DNA from: Prochlorococcus marinus str. NATL2A
GTDB taxonomy: Bacteria; Cyanobacteriota; Cyanobacteriia; PCC-6307; Cyanobiaceae
DNA: 32,000 nt
Direction of reading: 5' to 3'
NCBI RefSeq assembly: GCF_000012465.1
Contig: NC_007335.2
Coordinates: 1,770,001 to 1,802,000 of the forward strand
Shown here: positions 21,684-32,000 of the stretch, piece by piece
Layout of the letters: every line of letters starts with the position of its first letter
How positions within the stretch are numbered: the stretch's first letter is position 1
The notes under the pieces: model-generated
The model's database searches: none
What the model was told of the DNA's origin: nothing
Seen by the model: only the letters and a program-made list of their open reading frames with translations
Program-made: the position numbers and the translations under genes

Positions 21684-21710
21684 ATTCAATTCTCTAATTG
21701 TTTTAAAAAC

Positions 21711-22061
21711 TTATTGAACTTTTGACAGTTTTCTAAAGCCTGATCCACATGGAGAAGGTTCAGCCCCTTTTGGAGTGCTAATCAGAAATCCACCTCCACT
21801 TAGATCACCAAAATAATTCAGCTTCAGACCTTGAAACAATAGAATTTGATCTTGGCGAGCATACAAAGTGATTCCGTCAGCTCTAGCGAGTGGAACACCG
21901 TCGTTTTTTCCCGGTCTAATTCTGATAAATTGCCAACCCTCCCCACACTTATCATCCAATAAATCAATATGCATAACTCCAGGAGATCCAGTAAAAGCAG
22001 CTTGCCTGTTTAACTCTGCGACTGCCGTTGCTGAAATTTTTAATCCGGGACCATTTAGCAT
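21711..22061 (-). CDS. HesB/IscA-like (A-type Fe-S carrier fold) protein with an incomplete cysteine triad
   Basis: 116 aa. The layout is IscA-like: N-terminal ISATAVAELNRQ, KCGEGW, a GGGF segment and a C-terminal PCGSGF. The canonical C-G-C reads C-G-S here. Confidence 0.7.
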   Translation of the reverse strand: MLNGPGLKISATAVAELNRQAAFTGSPGVMHIDLLDDKCGEGWQFIRIRPGKNDGVPLARADGITLYARQDQILLFQGLKLNYFGDLSGGGFLISTPKGAEPSPCGSGFRKLSKVQ

Positions 22062-22077
22062 AAATAAAGAAATTAGA

Positions 22078-22149
<72 letters not shown>

Positions 22150-22289
22150 GTACAATTTTTAGTCCTTTGACTAATTCATTTACTTTATACCTCAAGCTGC
22201 TCTGTTGTTGAGAATTAATCATAATTAGATCAACGATTCAAAAAAAATCGTTTCTGAGCTTTTTAAAAGTTCTATCAAGACAACTAGAA

Positions 22290-23102
22290 ATGACAAACAC
22301 AAACCAAATAAATACAAAAGATAAAATGAATAAACTCCTTGAAGTAGTTTCAGACCTCAGAGATCCAATCAATGGCTGTCCTTGGGACCTAAAGCAAACG
22401 CATCTTTCTTTGGTCCCATATGTTCTAGAAGAAGCCTATGAAGTTGCTCACGCAATAAGAGAAGACAATCCTGATGAATTAAAAGAGGAGCTTGGAGATC
22501 TCTTACTACAAGTGATTTTGCATGCTCAAATAGCAAAAGAAAAAAACTTGTTTGACATAACAGACATCATTGACATGATCACTGAAAAACTAATTCGAAG
22601 GCATCCACATGTATTTCAAAATAAAGCAAAAGTAAGTGTCAAAGAAGTGGAAGACTCTTGGGAAACAATCAAGAATAATGAAAAACCATTAAATAATTCA
22701 AAAGCCCCAATTAGTGACCGATTAAAATTAAAGATAAGACCACAACCTTCTACGAAAGCAGCACTAATTATCTCCAAAAAAGCTTCAAAAAACGGATTTG
22801 AATGGGAAAACATTGATCAAATCTGGGATAAATTACATGAAGAATTAGAAGAATTAAAAGATGCATTAAAAAAAGAAAATACTGCCGAAGCTGAAGCTGA
22901 AATAGGAGACGTATTATTTACATTGATAAATATTGCAAGATGGAATAAAATTTCAATAGAAGATGGGTTAGCAAAAACTAATAAAAAATTCCTAGAACGA
23001 TTAACATATATAGAAGAAAATATAGATGGAGAATTACATTCCCAATCAAAAAAGAAATTAGAAAAATATTGGAAATTAGCGAAGATCAATCTCAAGCATT
23101 AA
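22290..23102 (+). CDS. mazG: Nucleoside triphosphate pyrophosphohydrolase MazG
   Basis: 270 aa with tandem MazG domains. It has [33 protein letters not shown] and a second EIGDVLFTL motif. Confidence 0.92.
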   Translation: MTNTNQINTKDKMNKLLEVVSDLRDPINGCPWDLKQTHLSLVPYVLEEAYEVAHAIREDNPDELKEELGDLLLQVILHAQIAKEKNLFDITDIIDMITEKLIRRHPHVFQNKAKVSVKEVEDSWETIKNNEKPLNNSKAPISDRLKLKIRPQPSTKAALIISKKASKNGFEWENIDQIWDKLHEELEELKDALKKENTAEAEAEIGDVLFTLINIARWNKISIEDGLAKTNKKFLERLTYIEENIDGELHSQSKKKLEKYWKLAKINLKH

Positions 23103-23112
23103 TATCATAATT

Positions 23113-23979
23113 ATGAATTACAAGCTAAAAACAAGATCAGAGTGGCTTGACGAATATCATCAAGGCGTTAGGTATGGACTACAGGGAAAATTAATACTAG
23201 AAGAGTCTAGTCCTTTTCAAAAAATTACCATATATGAAAGCAAAAGATATGGAAAAGCACTATTACTTGATGATTGTTGGATGACTGCAGAAAAGTCTGA
23301 AAAGTGTTATCACGAATGTCTTATTCATCCTGCCTTATGTTGTTCTACACAAATAGAAAATATTTTAATCATTGGAGGAGGTGATGGTGGTAGTGCAAGA
23401 GAATGTTTAAAATATAAAGAGGTTAAGTCTATCGATTTAGTTGAAATTGATCTAAGAGTTATTGAATTAAGTCAAAAGTATTTACCTACTATTGGTGGTG
23501 ATGCATGGTCTGATTCAAGATTGAATTTACAAATAAAAAATGGAATTGATTGGGTAAAACATACACAAGAGAATTCATATGATGTGATTATTATTGATGG
23601 CGCAGATCCTATTGGACCGTCCAAAGAATTATTCAGCAATTCTTTTCTCAAAGATTGCAAACGAATACTTAAACAAGGAGGGGTTTTGGCAACACAAAGT
23701 GAATCTCCAGAGTCTTTTCAAAAGATTCATATAAATATTGTCAAAGTTCTTCGTGAAATTTTTGACTACGCAGATCCAATGTACGGATCTGTATCTATAT
23801 ACCCAAGTGGTTTATGGAGCTGGACATTTGCATCTATGAAGCAGCAAAGATATATGCATCCAAAAAAAAGTCGAGTAAAAGAGATCTCCGAAAATTGTCA
23901 GATTTGGAGTACGCGATGGCAGCAAGGTGCATTTAACTCTATTCCTGCATTCATAGAAAGGGAGCTAGCAAAAAAATGA
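23113..23979 (+). CDS. speE: Spermidine synthase
   Basis: 288 aa with the SAM-derivative binding site [19 protein letters not shown] and [13 protein letters not shown]. Confidence 0.93.
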   Translation: MNYKLKTRSEWLDEYHQGVRYGLQGKLILEESSPFQKITIYESKRYGKALLLDDCWMTAEKSEKCYHECLIHPALCCSTQIENILIIGGGDGGSARECLKYKEVKSIDLVEIDLRVIELSQKYLPTIGGDAWSDSRLNLQIKNGIDWVKHTQENSYDVIIIDGADPIGPSKELFSNSFLKDCKRILKQGGVLATQSESPESFQKIHINIVKVLREIFDYADPMYGSVSIYPSGLWSWTFASMKQQRYMHPKKSRVKEISENCQIWSTRWQQGAFNSIPAFIERELAKK

Positions 23980-24875
23980 CCAAATCCAACCTAAGAGATC
24001 TATCACTATTTAATAACGATGGTGCAATATTTATGGGCGCCCAAAGAGACATCGATCAATCCAGAGTGTCGCTTTTAGGAGTTCCTTATGATGGAACTTG
24101 TTGCTTTAGGCCTGGTGCAAGATTTGGTCCTTCTGCTATTAGGGAAGATAGTTATGGAATTGAAACATATTGTCCGCAATTAGATTTAGATTTAGAAGAT
24201 ATTAACTTTACTGATATAGGTTCATTAGATGTTCCCCTTGGAGATGCAGAATTAACACTTGATTATATAAGCGATGCTACAAATATTTTACTTAAAAATA
24301 ATTTAAAGCCTCTTATTATTGGTGGAGAACATTCAATAACAATTGGGATTATTAAATCAATAATTACTAATTATCCTGACTTAATTATGCTTCAATTAGA
24401 TGCTCACGCAGACCTTAGAGATGAATGGTTAGGTAGTAAATTAAGTCATGCATGTACTATGAAAAGATGTTTAGAAATACTACCTAGCAAAAAGATCTTT
24501 CAAATAGGAATAAGAAGTGGAACAAAATCAGAATTTCTTGAAATGAATAATAGTAAAAGGTTCATTCAACATACTTTAGGAGAGAATGCAAAATCTTTAG
24601 AAGAAGCTCTAAAAAGTTTTAAAGGGAGACCAATCTATTTAACTTTTGATTTAGATTGGTTTGATCCCTCTGTAATGCCAGGAACTGGCACTCCTGAGCC
24701 CGGGGGCTATTTTTGGGGAGATTTTGCAGCAATAATAAATGTGATTAAGTCTCATAACTTAATTGGTGCTGATGTAGTCGAATTATCTCCCAAATTAGAT
24801 ACCACTGGTATTAGTAGCATCCTTGCTGCAAAAGTTATACGTTCATTAATTATGTTATTGGACAAATCATCCTAA
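23976..24875 (+). CDS. speB: Agmatinase (ureohydrolase/arginase family)
   Basis: 299 aa with the Mn-binding motifs GGEHSIT, LDAHADL and DLDWFDP. Its start overlaps the speE stop (ATGA). Confidence 0.92.
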   Translation: MTKSNLRDLSLFNNDGAIFMGAQRDIDQSRVSLLGVPYDGTCCFRPGARFGPSAIREDSYGIETYCPQLDLDLEDINFTDIGSLDVPLGDAELTLDYISDATNILLKNNLKPLIIGGEHSITIGIIKSIITNYPDLIMLQLDAHADLRDEWLGSKLSHACTMKRCLEILPSKKIFQIGIRSGTKSEFLEMNNSKRFIQHTLGENAKSLEEALKSFKGRPIYLTFDLDWFDPSVMPGTGTPEPGGYFWGDFAAIINVIKSHNLIGADVVELSPKLDTTGISSILAAKVIRSLIMLLDKSS

Positions 24876-24895
24876 AAAAATTTGCATTTAAGTTT

Positions 24896-25111
24896 TCATT
24901 CAACTAACACCTTTCCAAAATCGAGTTGTTGATGAACAAATTTTTCAGAAATCTTTGGGAAATTAGGTTCTTTTTTTATCCAATGACCACAAGAAACAAA
25001 TGAAGATATCTCAGAATGTATTTTTATTTTTCTAAGTTTGCACCATGAGAATGAATCAAAATGACTTGAAACACATTGATTGCAGCTCCTACAAGATCTT
25101 TTTGCAGTCAT
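24896..25111 (-). CDS. Hypothetical Cys-rich small protein (71 aa)
   Basis: It is the only sizeable ORF in the 366-nt gap between speB and gcvT. It has an ATG start and an N-terminal CRSCNQC cluster plus two further Cys. I recognise no family. Confidence 0.35.
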   Translation of the reverse strand: MTAKRSCRSCNQCVSSHFDSFSWCKLRKIKIHSEISSFVSCGHWIKKEPNFPKISEKFVHQQLDFGKVLVE

Positions 25112-25241
25112 TAAGTCTTAACCCAAGACTCATAGAGTAGTAAAACTTTCCGGATCGAGCCACAAAGCATTAAATTTAGTTTTAGAAATTCTTATAAGTT
25201 CACGTTATTAATTGTGAATTTCTTTTACTGTTCAACAAAAA

Positions 25242-26360
25242 ATGAAATTACTGCAAACTCCTCTTTATCAAGAATGCAAAGAATTAGGCGGTAAAATGGT
25301 CCCTTTTGCAAATTGGGAAATGCCTGTTAGTTTCTCTGGGTTAATAGAAGAACACAATGCAGTAAGAAAAAATGTTGGAATGTTCGACATATCTCACATG
25401 GGTGTTGTGCAATTAAAAGGTAAAAATATCAAAAGTGCATTACAAAATTTAGTTCCCTCAGACGTGTTTCGAATAGGACCTAGTGAAGCGTGTTATACAG
25501 TTTTTTTAAAAGAAAATGGAGGAATTCAAGACGATCTAATCATTTATGACCAAGGAGTTTTAGATACAAATGAAGAGAGTATAGTTCTAGTTATTAATGC
25601 GGCAAGAAAAGAATCTGACATTGAATGGTTGAGTTCAAATCTTTTTAAAAAGGAAATTACAATATCCGAATTCATGCCAGAGGGTGCATTAATTGCGATC
25701 CAAGGTCCAGAATCTATCAGTACACTTGAGAAAATTCTCGAAGAGCCTTTATCTAATTTGCCACGTTTTGGTCACAGAACTATCACTTCAAATCCCAATC
25801 TAATAAACTCACAAGAATCAATTTTTATTGCACGAACTGGTTATACAGGAGAGGAAGGTTTCGAATTCTTGTCATCTCCTGAAACAGCAAAGTCTATCTG
25901 GAAGAGTCTAATTGCGTCGGGAGTTACTCCATGCGGTCTAGGAGCAAGAGATACACTGCGGTTAGAGGCTTCTATGCATTTATATGGCAACGATATCAAC
26001 CTAGATACAACTCCCTTTGAAGCTGGCTTGGGTTGGTTAGTTCATTTAGAAATGCCTAATGATTTCATAGGTAGGAAAGCTCTAGAAAAACAAGCCGAAG
26101 TTGGAACGCAAAAAAAACTTGTTGGTATTCAAGTCCTTGATAAAGGAATTGCAAGAAAAGGATATCCAGTTCTATACAACAGCGAAACTGTTGGAATAGT
26201 CACTAGCGGAACATGGTCTCCAACATTGCAAAAACCCATAGCTCTTGCTTATGTGCCAAGCGAAATTGCAAAAGTCAATACTCAAATAGAAGTAGAAATT
26301 AGAAGAAAAAAACATCCTGCAATAATCGTAAAAAGACCTTTCTATCGAAAAGGTTTTTGA
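25242..26360 (+). CDS. gcvT: Aminomethyltransferase, glycine cleavage T protein
   Basis: 372 aa. It has LYQECKELGGKMVPFANWEMPVSF, GMFDISHMG, ARTGYTGEEGFE and GLGARDTLRLEA. Confidence 0.95.
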   Translation: MKLLQTPLYQECKELGGKMVPFANWEMPVSFSGLIEEHNAVRKNVGMFDISHMGVVQLKGKNIKSALQNLVPSDVFRIGPSEACYTVFLKENGGIQDDLIIYDQGVLDTNEESIVLVINAARKESDIEWLSSNLFKKEITISEFMPEGALIAIQGPESISTLEKILEEPLSNLPRFGHRTITSNPNLINSQESIFIARTGYTGEEGFEFLSSPETAKSIWKSLIASGVTPCGLGARDTLRLEASMHLYGNDINLDTTPFEAGLGWLVHLEMPNDFIGRKALEKQAEVGTQKKLVGIQVLDKGIARKGYPVLYNSETVGIVTSGTWSPTLQKPIALAYVPSEIAKVNTQIEVEIRRKKHPAIIVKRPFYRKGF

Positions 26361-26434
26361 GCAAGTAGAAACTGTGTTGTGCATAAAAGCCGGTCTTTGT
26401 GGGAAACTCATTATTCATGATGATTGAGAATTTT

Positions 26435-28255
26435 ATGCGCAATAAGACTTGTGGAGAACTACGAGCTTCCGCAATTAGCGCAAATGTTCAACTATGTGGT
26501 TGGGTTGATCGCAGAAGAGATCATGGCGGAGTAATTTTTATTGATCTAAGAGACCGTTCTGGAACAATTCAAATCACAGTTGATCCAGATCAAGGTCAAG
26601 ATCTTTTTAGCATCGCTGAGAGTCTTAGAAATGAGACTGTTCTGCAGATCAATGGATTAGTAAGAGCAAGACCTGACGAAGCTATTAATACAAAAATCCC
26701 AACCGGTGAAGTAGAAGTCTTAGCTAAAAATATAAAAATTCTGAATACTGTCACTAGTACACTTCCTTTCTCAGTGTCAATTCATGATGAGGAGAGTGTT
26801 AAAGAAGAAATCAGGCTAAAGCATAGATATTTAGATCTCAGAAGAGAGAGAATGAATAATAATCTTCGATTGAGACATAACACTGTCAAGGCGGCTAGAA
26901 GTTTTCTTGAAAACGAAGGATTTATAGAAGTTGAAACACCAATTTTGACTCGCTCAACTCCTGAAGGAGCCAGAGATTACTTAGTACCCTCACGTGTATG
27001 TGGTGGCGAGTTTTTTGCTTTGCCGCAATCCCCGCAATTATTCAAACAATTGTTGATGGTTGGTGGAGTTGAACGTTATTACCAAGTCGCTCGTTGTTTT
27101 CGTGATGAAGATTTACGCGCAGACAGGCAACCAGAATTTACTCAATTAGATATTGAAATGAGTTTTATGGAGGAAAAAGAGATCATCGAATTAAATGAAA
27201 AATTAATTGTAAGTATATGGAAAAAAATTAAAGGGATTGATCTCCAAACTCCATTTCCGAGAATGACTTGGCAAGAAGCTATGGATCGTTTTGGAACTGA
27301 CAGACCTGATACTCGATATGGAATGGAGCTTGTCAACACAAGTGATTTATTTTCCAAAAGTGGATTTAAAGTTTTTTCAAATGCTATTTCTTCTGGTGGA
27401 TGCGTTAAGTGCATCACCATTGAGGATGGAAATAATTTGATTAGTAATGTAAGAATAAAACCGGGTGGAGATATTTTTAGCGAAGCCCAAAAGGCTGGCG
27501 CTGGTGGACTAGCATTTATCAGGGTTCGAGATGATAAAGAAGTCGATACAATTGGAGCCATAAAAGATAATTTAACTACCTCGCAAATAAAAGAACTCCT
27601 ATTAAAAACCCAAGCTAAACCTGGAGATCTAATACTTTTTGGTGCAGGGCCCACAAACATTGTTAATAGAACTTTAGATAGAGTTCGTCAATTTATTGCG
27701 AAAGATCTAAAGATAATCTCAGACAACGAATTAAAAACTCAGTGGAATTTTCTTTGGGTCACTGATTTTCCTATGTTTGAATTCAATTCTGATGAAAATC
27801 GTCTTGAAGCAATTCATCATCCTTTCTGTGCTCCTAAGCCTGAAGATATTGGTGAATCAGAAAGCCTATGGAAAGACAAATTACCCAATTCAAATGCTCA
27901 AGCGTATGATCTAGTTCTTAATGGATTAGAAATTGGCGGGGGATCTTTAAGAATTCACAACTCAGAACTTCAAAAAACCGTACTAGAAGTAATTGGTCTA
28001 TCAAAAAATGAAGCAGAAGAGCAATTTGGTTTTTTAATTGATGCCCTTGCCATGGGTGCTCCACCACATGGTGGGATTGCATTTGGACTGGACAGAATAG
28101 TTATGCTCTTAGCCAATGAAGATTCAATTAGAGATACTATTGCTTTTCCAAAAACACAACAAGCTCGTTGTTCTATGGCTAAAGCGCCTGCAAACGTGGA
28201 AAACAAACAATTAGAAGACCTCCACATAGCTTCTACTTGGATAGATCCTGATTGA
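26435..28255 (+). CDS. aspS: Aspartyl-tRNA synthetase
   Basis: Class II motifs are present ([18 protein letters not shown]; [12 protein letters not shown]) with an N-terminal OB fold. The start is ambiguous: I prefer the ATG at 26435 ([10 protein letters not shown]). Alternatives are ATG 26417/26420 and GTG 26399. Confidence 0.93.
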   Translation: MRNKTCGELRASAISANVQLCGWVDRRRDHGGVIFIDLRDRSGTIQITVDPDQGQDLFSIAESLRNETVLQINGLVRARPDEAINTKIPTGEVEVLAKNIKILNTVTSTLPFSVSIHDEESVKEEIRLKHRYLDLRRERMNNNLRLRHNTVKAARSFLENEGFIEVETPILTRSTPEGARDYLVPSRVCGGEFFALPQSPQLFKQLLMVGGVERYYQVARCFRDEDLRADRQPEFTQLDIEMSFMEEKEIIELNEKLIVSIWKKIKGIDLQTPFPRMTWQEAMDRFGTDRPDTRYGMELVNTSDLFSKSGFKVFSNAISSGGCVKCITIEDGNNLISNVRIKPGGDIFSEAQKAGAGGLAFIRVRDDKEVDTIGAIKDNLTTSQIKELLLKTQAKPGDLILFGAGPTNIVNRTLDRVRQFIAKDLKIISDNELKTQWNFLWVTDFPMFEFNSDENRLEAIHHPFCAPKPEDIGESESLWKDKLPNSNAQAYDLVLNGLEIGGGSLRIHNSELQKTVLEVIGLSKNEAEEQFGFLIDALAMGAPPHGGIAFGLDRIVMLLANEDSIRDTIAFPKTQQARCSMAKAPANVENKQLEDLHIASTWIDPD

Positions 28256-28358
28256 ATTGCTAGAAATTAGCGGTAAAAACATTATCCTAAAGAGAAAATA
28301 TGTAAATTTCTTGGCGTTTACCTAGATCAAGGTAGCTTAAAGAATGATTGAAAAGTAA

Positions 28359-30026
<1,668 letters not shown>

Positions 30027-30668
30027 ATGGAATCTTCTCTACCAGTAGTGGAATGTTTTCATTCTCTACAAGGAGAAGGAGAACATGCAGGTAGAAGCGC
30101 TTACTTCATCAGATTAGCTAGTTGTAAAGTTGGATGTCCTTGGTGTGATACAAAAGATTCGTGGAATTCAGAACTTCATCCACAACAAAGCTTGATAGAT
30201 TTATCAACTCAAACAGCCAAAGCCCAAGAAGAAGGTGCAGCCTTTGTTGTAATCACGGGAGGTGAGCCACTACATCATAATTTAGATGATCTCTGTAAAG
30301 AAATTAGAAAATCTACACTCAATCTAGAGAAAAAATCTATTCCAATTCATCTCGAAACTAGTGGAGTAGATATGCTCAGTGGCAAGCCAGATTGGATAAC
30401 ATTATCTCCTAAACGGCATTCTCCTCCACGCCTTGATAATCTCTTATCTTGCCAAGAATTAAAAGTTGTTATCCAGAATGCTGAAGATTTACTTTTTGCT
30501 AAAACAATGGCTGATTCAATAAAAAATAATGGAAAAATTAAACCTCAATTATTTTTGCAAGCAGGATGGGAAAATGAAGAAGGACAAACACTTGCAATCA
30601 AGTTTGTCAAAAATAATCCGGATTGGAGATTAAGTATGCAAACTCACAAATGGCTAGGTGTACTCTAA
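30027..30668 (+). CDS. queE: 7-carboxy-7-deazaguanine synthase (radical SAM)
   Basis: 213 aa with the radical-SAM cluster CKVGCPWC and FHSLQGEG at the N-terminus. Its ATG directly follows the pyrG TAG. Confidence 0.88.
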   Translation: MESSLPVVECFHSLQGEGEHAGRSAYFIRLASCKVGCPWCDTKDSWNSELHPQQSLIDLSTQTAKAQEEGAAFVVITGGEPLHHNLDDLCKEIRKSTLNLEKKSIPIHLETSGVDMLSGKPDWITLSPKRHSPPRLDNLLSCQELKVVIQNAEDLLFAKTMADSIKNNGKIKPQLFLQAGWENEEGQTLAIKFVKNNPDWRLSMQTHKWLGVL

Positions 30669-30717
30669 CCATCTATATAAATGAGATTTTGCTTCATTAG
30701 ATTTAAAAATAAAAATA

Positions 30718-31395
30718 ATGATTGAACATACAACAATTGCATTACTTTCCGGAGGAATTGATTCAGCTACAGCTGCATGTATCGCTATGGAAGCTGGGCA
30801 AAAAGTAATTGGATTATCATTTGATTATGGCCAACGACATCTTAAGGAGTTACAAGCAGCAGCAGATTTAGCAAAAAATTTAAATCTTGAGGATCATATA
30901 ACAATAAAGATTGATTTGTCTTCTTGGGGTGGTTCCTCCTTGACCGACACGTCACAAGCAATACCAACTCAAGGCATACAAAAAAATACTATTCCTAACA
31001 CTTACGTTCCGGGTAGAAACACTATCTTTGTTGCTATTGGTTTGAGTCTTGCAGAAGCTCGTGGAGCCAATCGAATCGCATTAGGAATAAATGCAATGGA
31101 CTATTCTGGATATCCAGATTGTAGACCGGATTATTTAAAAGCATATCAAGAATTAGCTAACCTATCGAGCAGAGTAGGACGCGAGGGAAATGGGATAAAA
31201 CTCTGGGCTCCACTACTAGATTGGGAAAAAACAAAAATCTTTGAAGAGGCATTACGCTTAAAAATTCCTATAGAAAAAACATGGAGTTGCTATCAAGGTG
31301 AAAGTAAACCATGTGGTAAATGTGATAGTTGTCGTATTAGAGATAAAGCATTAAAAGAAATAGGTCGCGAAGATCTATGTAGTCAAAATATCTAG
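30718..31395 (+). CDS. queC: 7-cyano-7-deazaguanine (preQ0) synthase
   Basis: 225 aa with the PP-loop LLSGGIDS and a C-terminal zinc cluster ([18 protein letters not shown]). Confidence 0.93.
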   Translation: MIEHTTIALLSGGIDSATAACIAMEAGQKVIGLSFDYGQRHLKELQAAADLAKNLNLEDHITIKIDLSSWGGSSLTDTSQAIPTQGIQKNTIPNTYVPGRNTIFVAIGLSLAEARGANRIALGINAMDYSGYPDCRPDYLKAYQELANLSSRVGREGNGIKLWAPLLDWEKTKIFEEALRLKIPIEKTWSCYQGESKPCGKCDSCRIRDKALKEIGREDLCSQNI

Positions 31396-32000
31396 TGAAA
31401 AATATTAAACGACTACTATGTCAATGGGAATCACCTGAGCTAGTAGCCTATAAATTGATTCGAGAATGGGGAGAGGCAGGATTTATATGGCTTGATGGCG
31501 ATGGGAGTGATTTAGGTCGATGGGTCACCTTAGGAATTAATCCTTTAGAACAGTTTTGTTCTAGAGAATTAGGAAATTCAAAAAAGTACTCTAATCCTTT
31601 TAAAATTTTACGCGAATTACCGCAAGGGCATTGGACTGGTTGGTTGAGTTATGAAGCTGCATCTTGGACAGAACCACAAAACCCATGGCAAAAAAGTTCC
31701 ATGGCAACTTTATGGATAGCCTCTCATGACCCTATATTAAAATTTGATCTTCAGAAGAGAGAGCTATGGCTAGAAGGCAAAGATCCAAAACGCATCTCAA
31801 TTATGGAAAATTTTCTAAACAGTACTTTTCACCAAAAGCTTTCTAAACCAGACAGTGAAGCAGCAAAACAAGCAGAATGCAAACATAGTATTCCCCTAGA
31901 ATCTTGGGACTGGCGGTTAACAAGTCAAGAATATTCTGAAAGAGTTGATGAGATCAAAGAATGGATTGCGAACGGTGATATTTTTCAGGCTAATCTAACT
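31396..32000 (+). CDS. pabB: Aminodeoxychorismate synthase component I (chorismate-binding enzyme family), N-terminal part; continues beyond the window
   Basis: It is not in the ORF track because no stop falls inside the window. Frame 1 is open from the GTG at 31396, directly after the queC TAG. My hand translation is [38 protein letters not shown]...WIANGDIFQANLT, and the GDIFQANL motif is typical of PabB/TrpE-type enzymes. The choice between PabB and TrpE rests on the short N-terminal domain and on synteny. Confidence 0.75.

Noticed and set aside
22232-22252. A 7-bp palindrome AACGATT-caaaaaa-AATCGTT upstream of mazG.
   Set aside because: It has a weak stem (two G-C pairs), no flanking U-tract of note, and is plausible by chance in AT-rich spacer. 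The evidence for a terminator or operator is insufficient.
27142-27660. A 172-aa ORF antisense to aspS. Similar antisense ORFs occur at 2612..2905 in gcvP, 8933..9277 and 9198..9386 in rplI, 18126..18443, 18820..19095 and 20181..20417 in valS, 22616..23095 in mazG, 15309..15740 in ligA, and 1017..1907 in sqdX.
   Set aside because: All lie fully inside strongly supported housekeeping genes on the opposite strand. Their products are low-complexity or Ser/Leu/Phe-rich with no motifs. Long antisense frames are a known by-product of codon bias, so I treat them as non-coding.
28256-28358. The pyrG leader as a possible attenuator: a small hairpin TACCT-AGATCA-AGGTA.
   Set aside because: It is only 5 bp, has no U-tract and no recognisable reiterative-transcription signature, so it is not supportable from sequence alone.
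30679-30717. A hairpin AATGA-GATTTTGCT-TCATT plus an A-rich tail upstream of queC, superficially like a preQ1-I riboswitch.
   Set aside because: The stem is AT-rich, and the loop is too short for the L1/P2/L2 arrangement. The ligand-contacting C immediately 5' of the P1 3' strand and the conserved tail sequence are not convincingly present. A-rich sequence is simply the background here. An Infernal RF00522 scan would settle it.

Overview
This window looks like ordinary, densely packed core chromosome of an AT-rich marine picocyanobacterium. The gene content and order resemble Prochlorococcus, but that attribution rests on my recollection of synteny, not on a search. Nearly every base is covered by recognisable housekeeping genes. 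Reading left to right: sulfolipid synthesis (sqdB partial, sqdX); a minus-strand block with an XRE-like protein, a PLP enzyme of the 'aluminium resistance'/Met-gamma-lyase family, gcvH and gcvP; then desC, rplI, dnaB and mnmG; a chorismate-lyase-like gene; a SprT-like zinc protease with a highly charged partner protein; ligA; a DedA/TVP38 membrane protein; valS; two small conserved hypotheticals; a HesB/IscA-like gene directly downstream of tRNA-Val(UAC); then mazG, speE, speB, gcvT, aspS, pyrG, queE, queC and the 5' part of pabB. I found no CRISPR array, transposase, integrase, phage genes, long repeats, pseudogenes or compositional island. I cannot support the presence of a novel multi-gene system here. 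The findings are modest. They include an unlisted 52-codon ORF between ligA and the DedA gene, and a tRNA-Val with a U-U mismatch in its T stem that sits 16 nt from the next start codon. Others are an XRE-like protein with a palindrome in its divergent promoter, a SprT-like/charged-protein pair near ligA, a Cys-depleted IscA-like protein, and tight stop/start junctions linking pyrG-queE and queC-pabB. Several ORF-track starts appear over-extended (gcvP, DedA, SprT-like, aspS, mnmG), and I give the starts I prefer.
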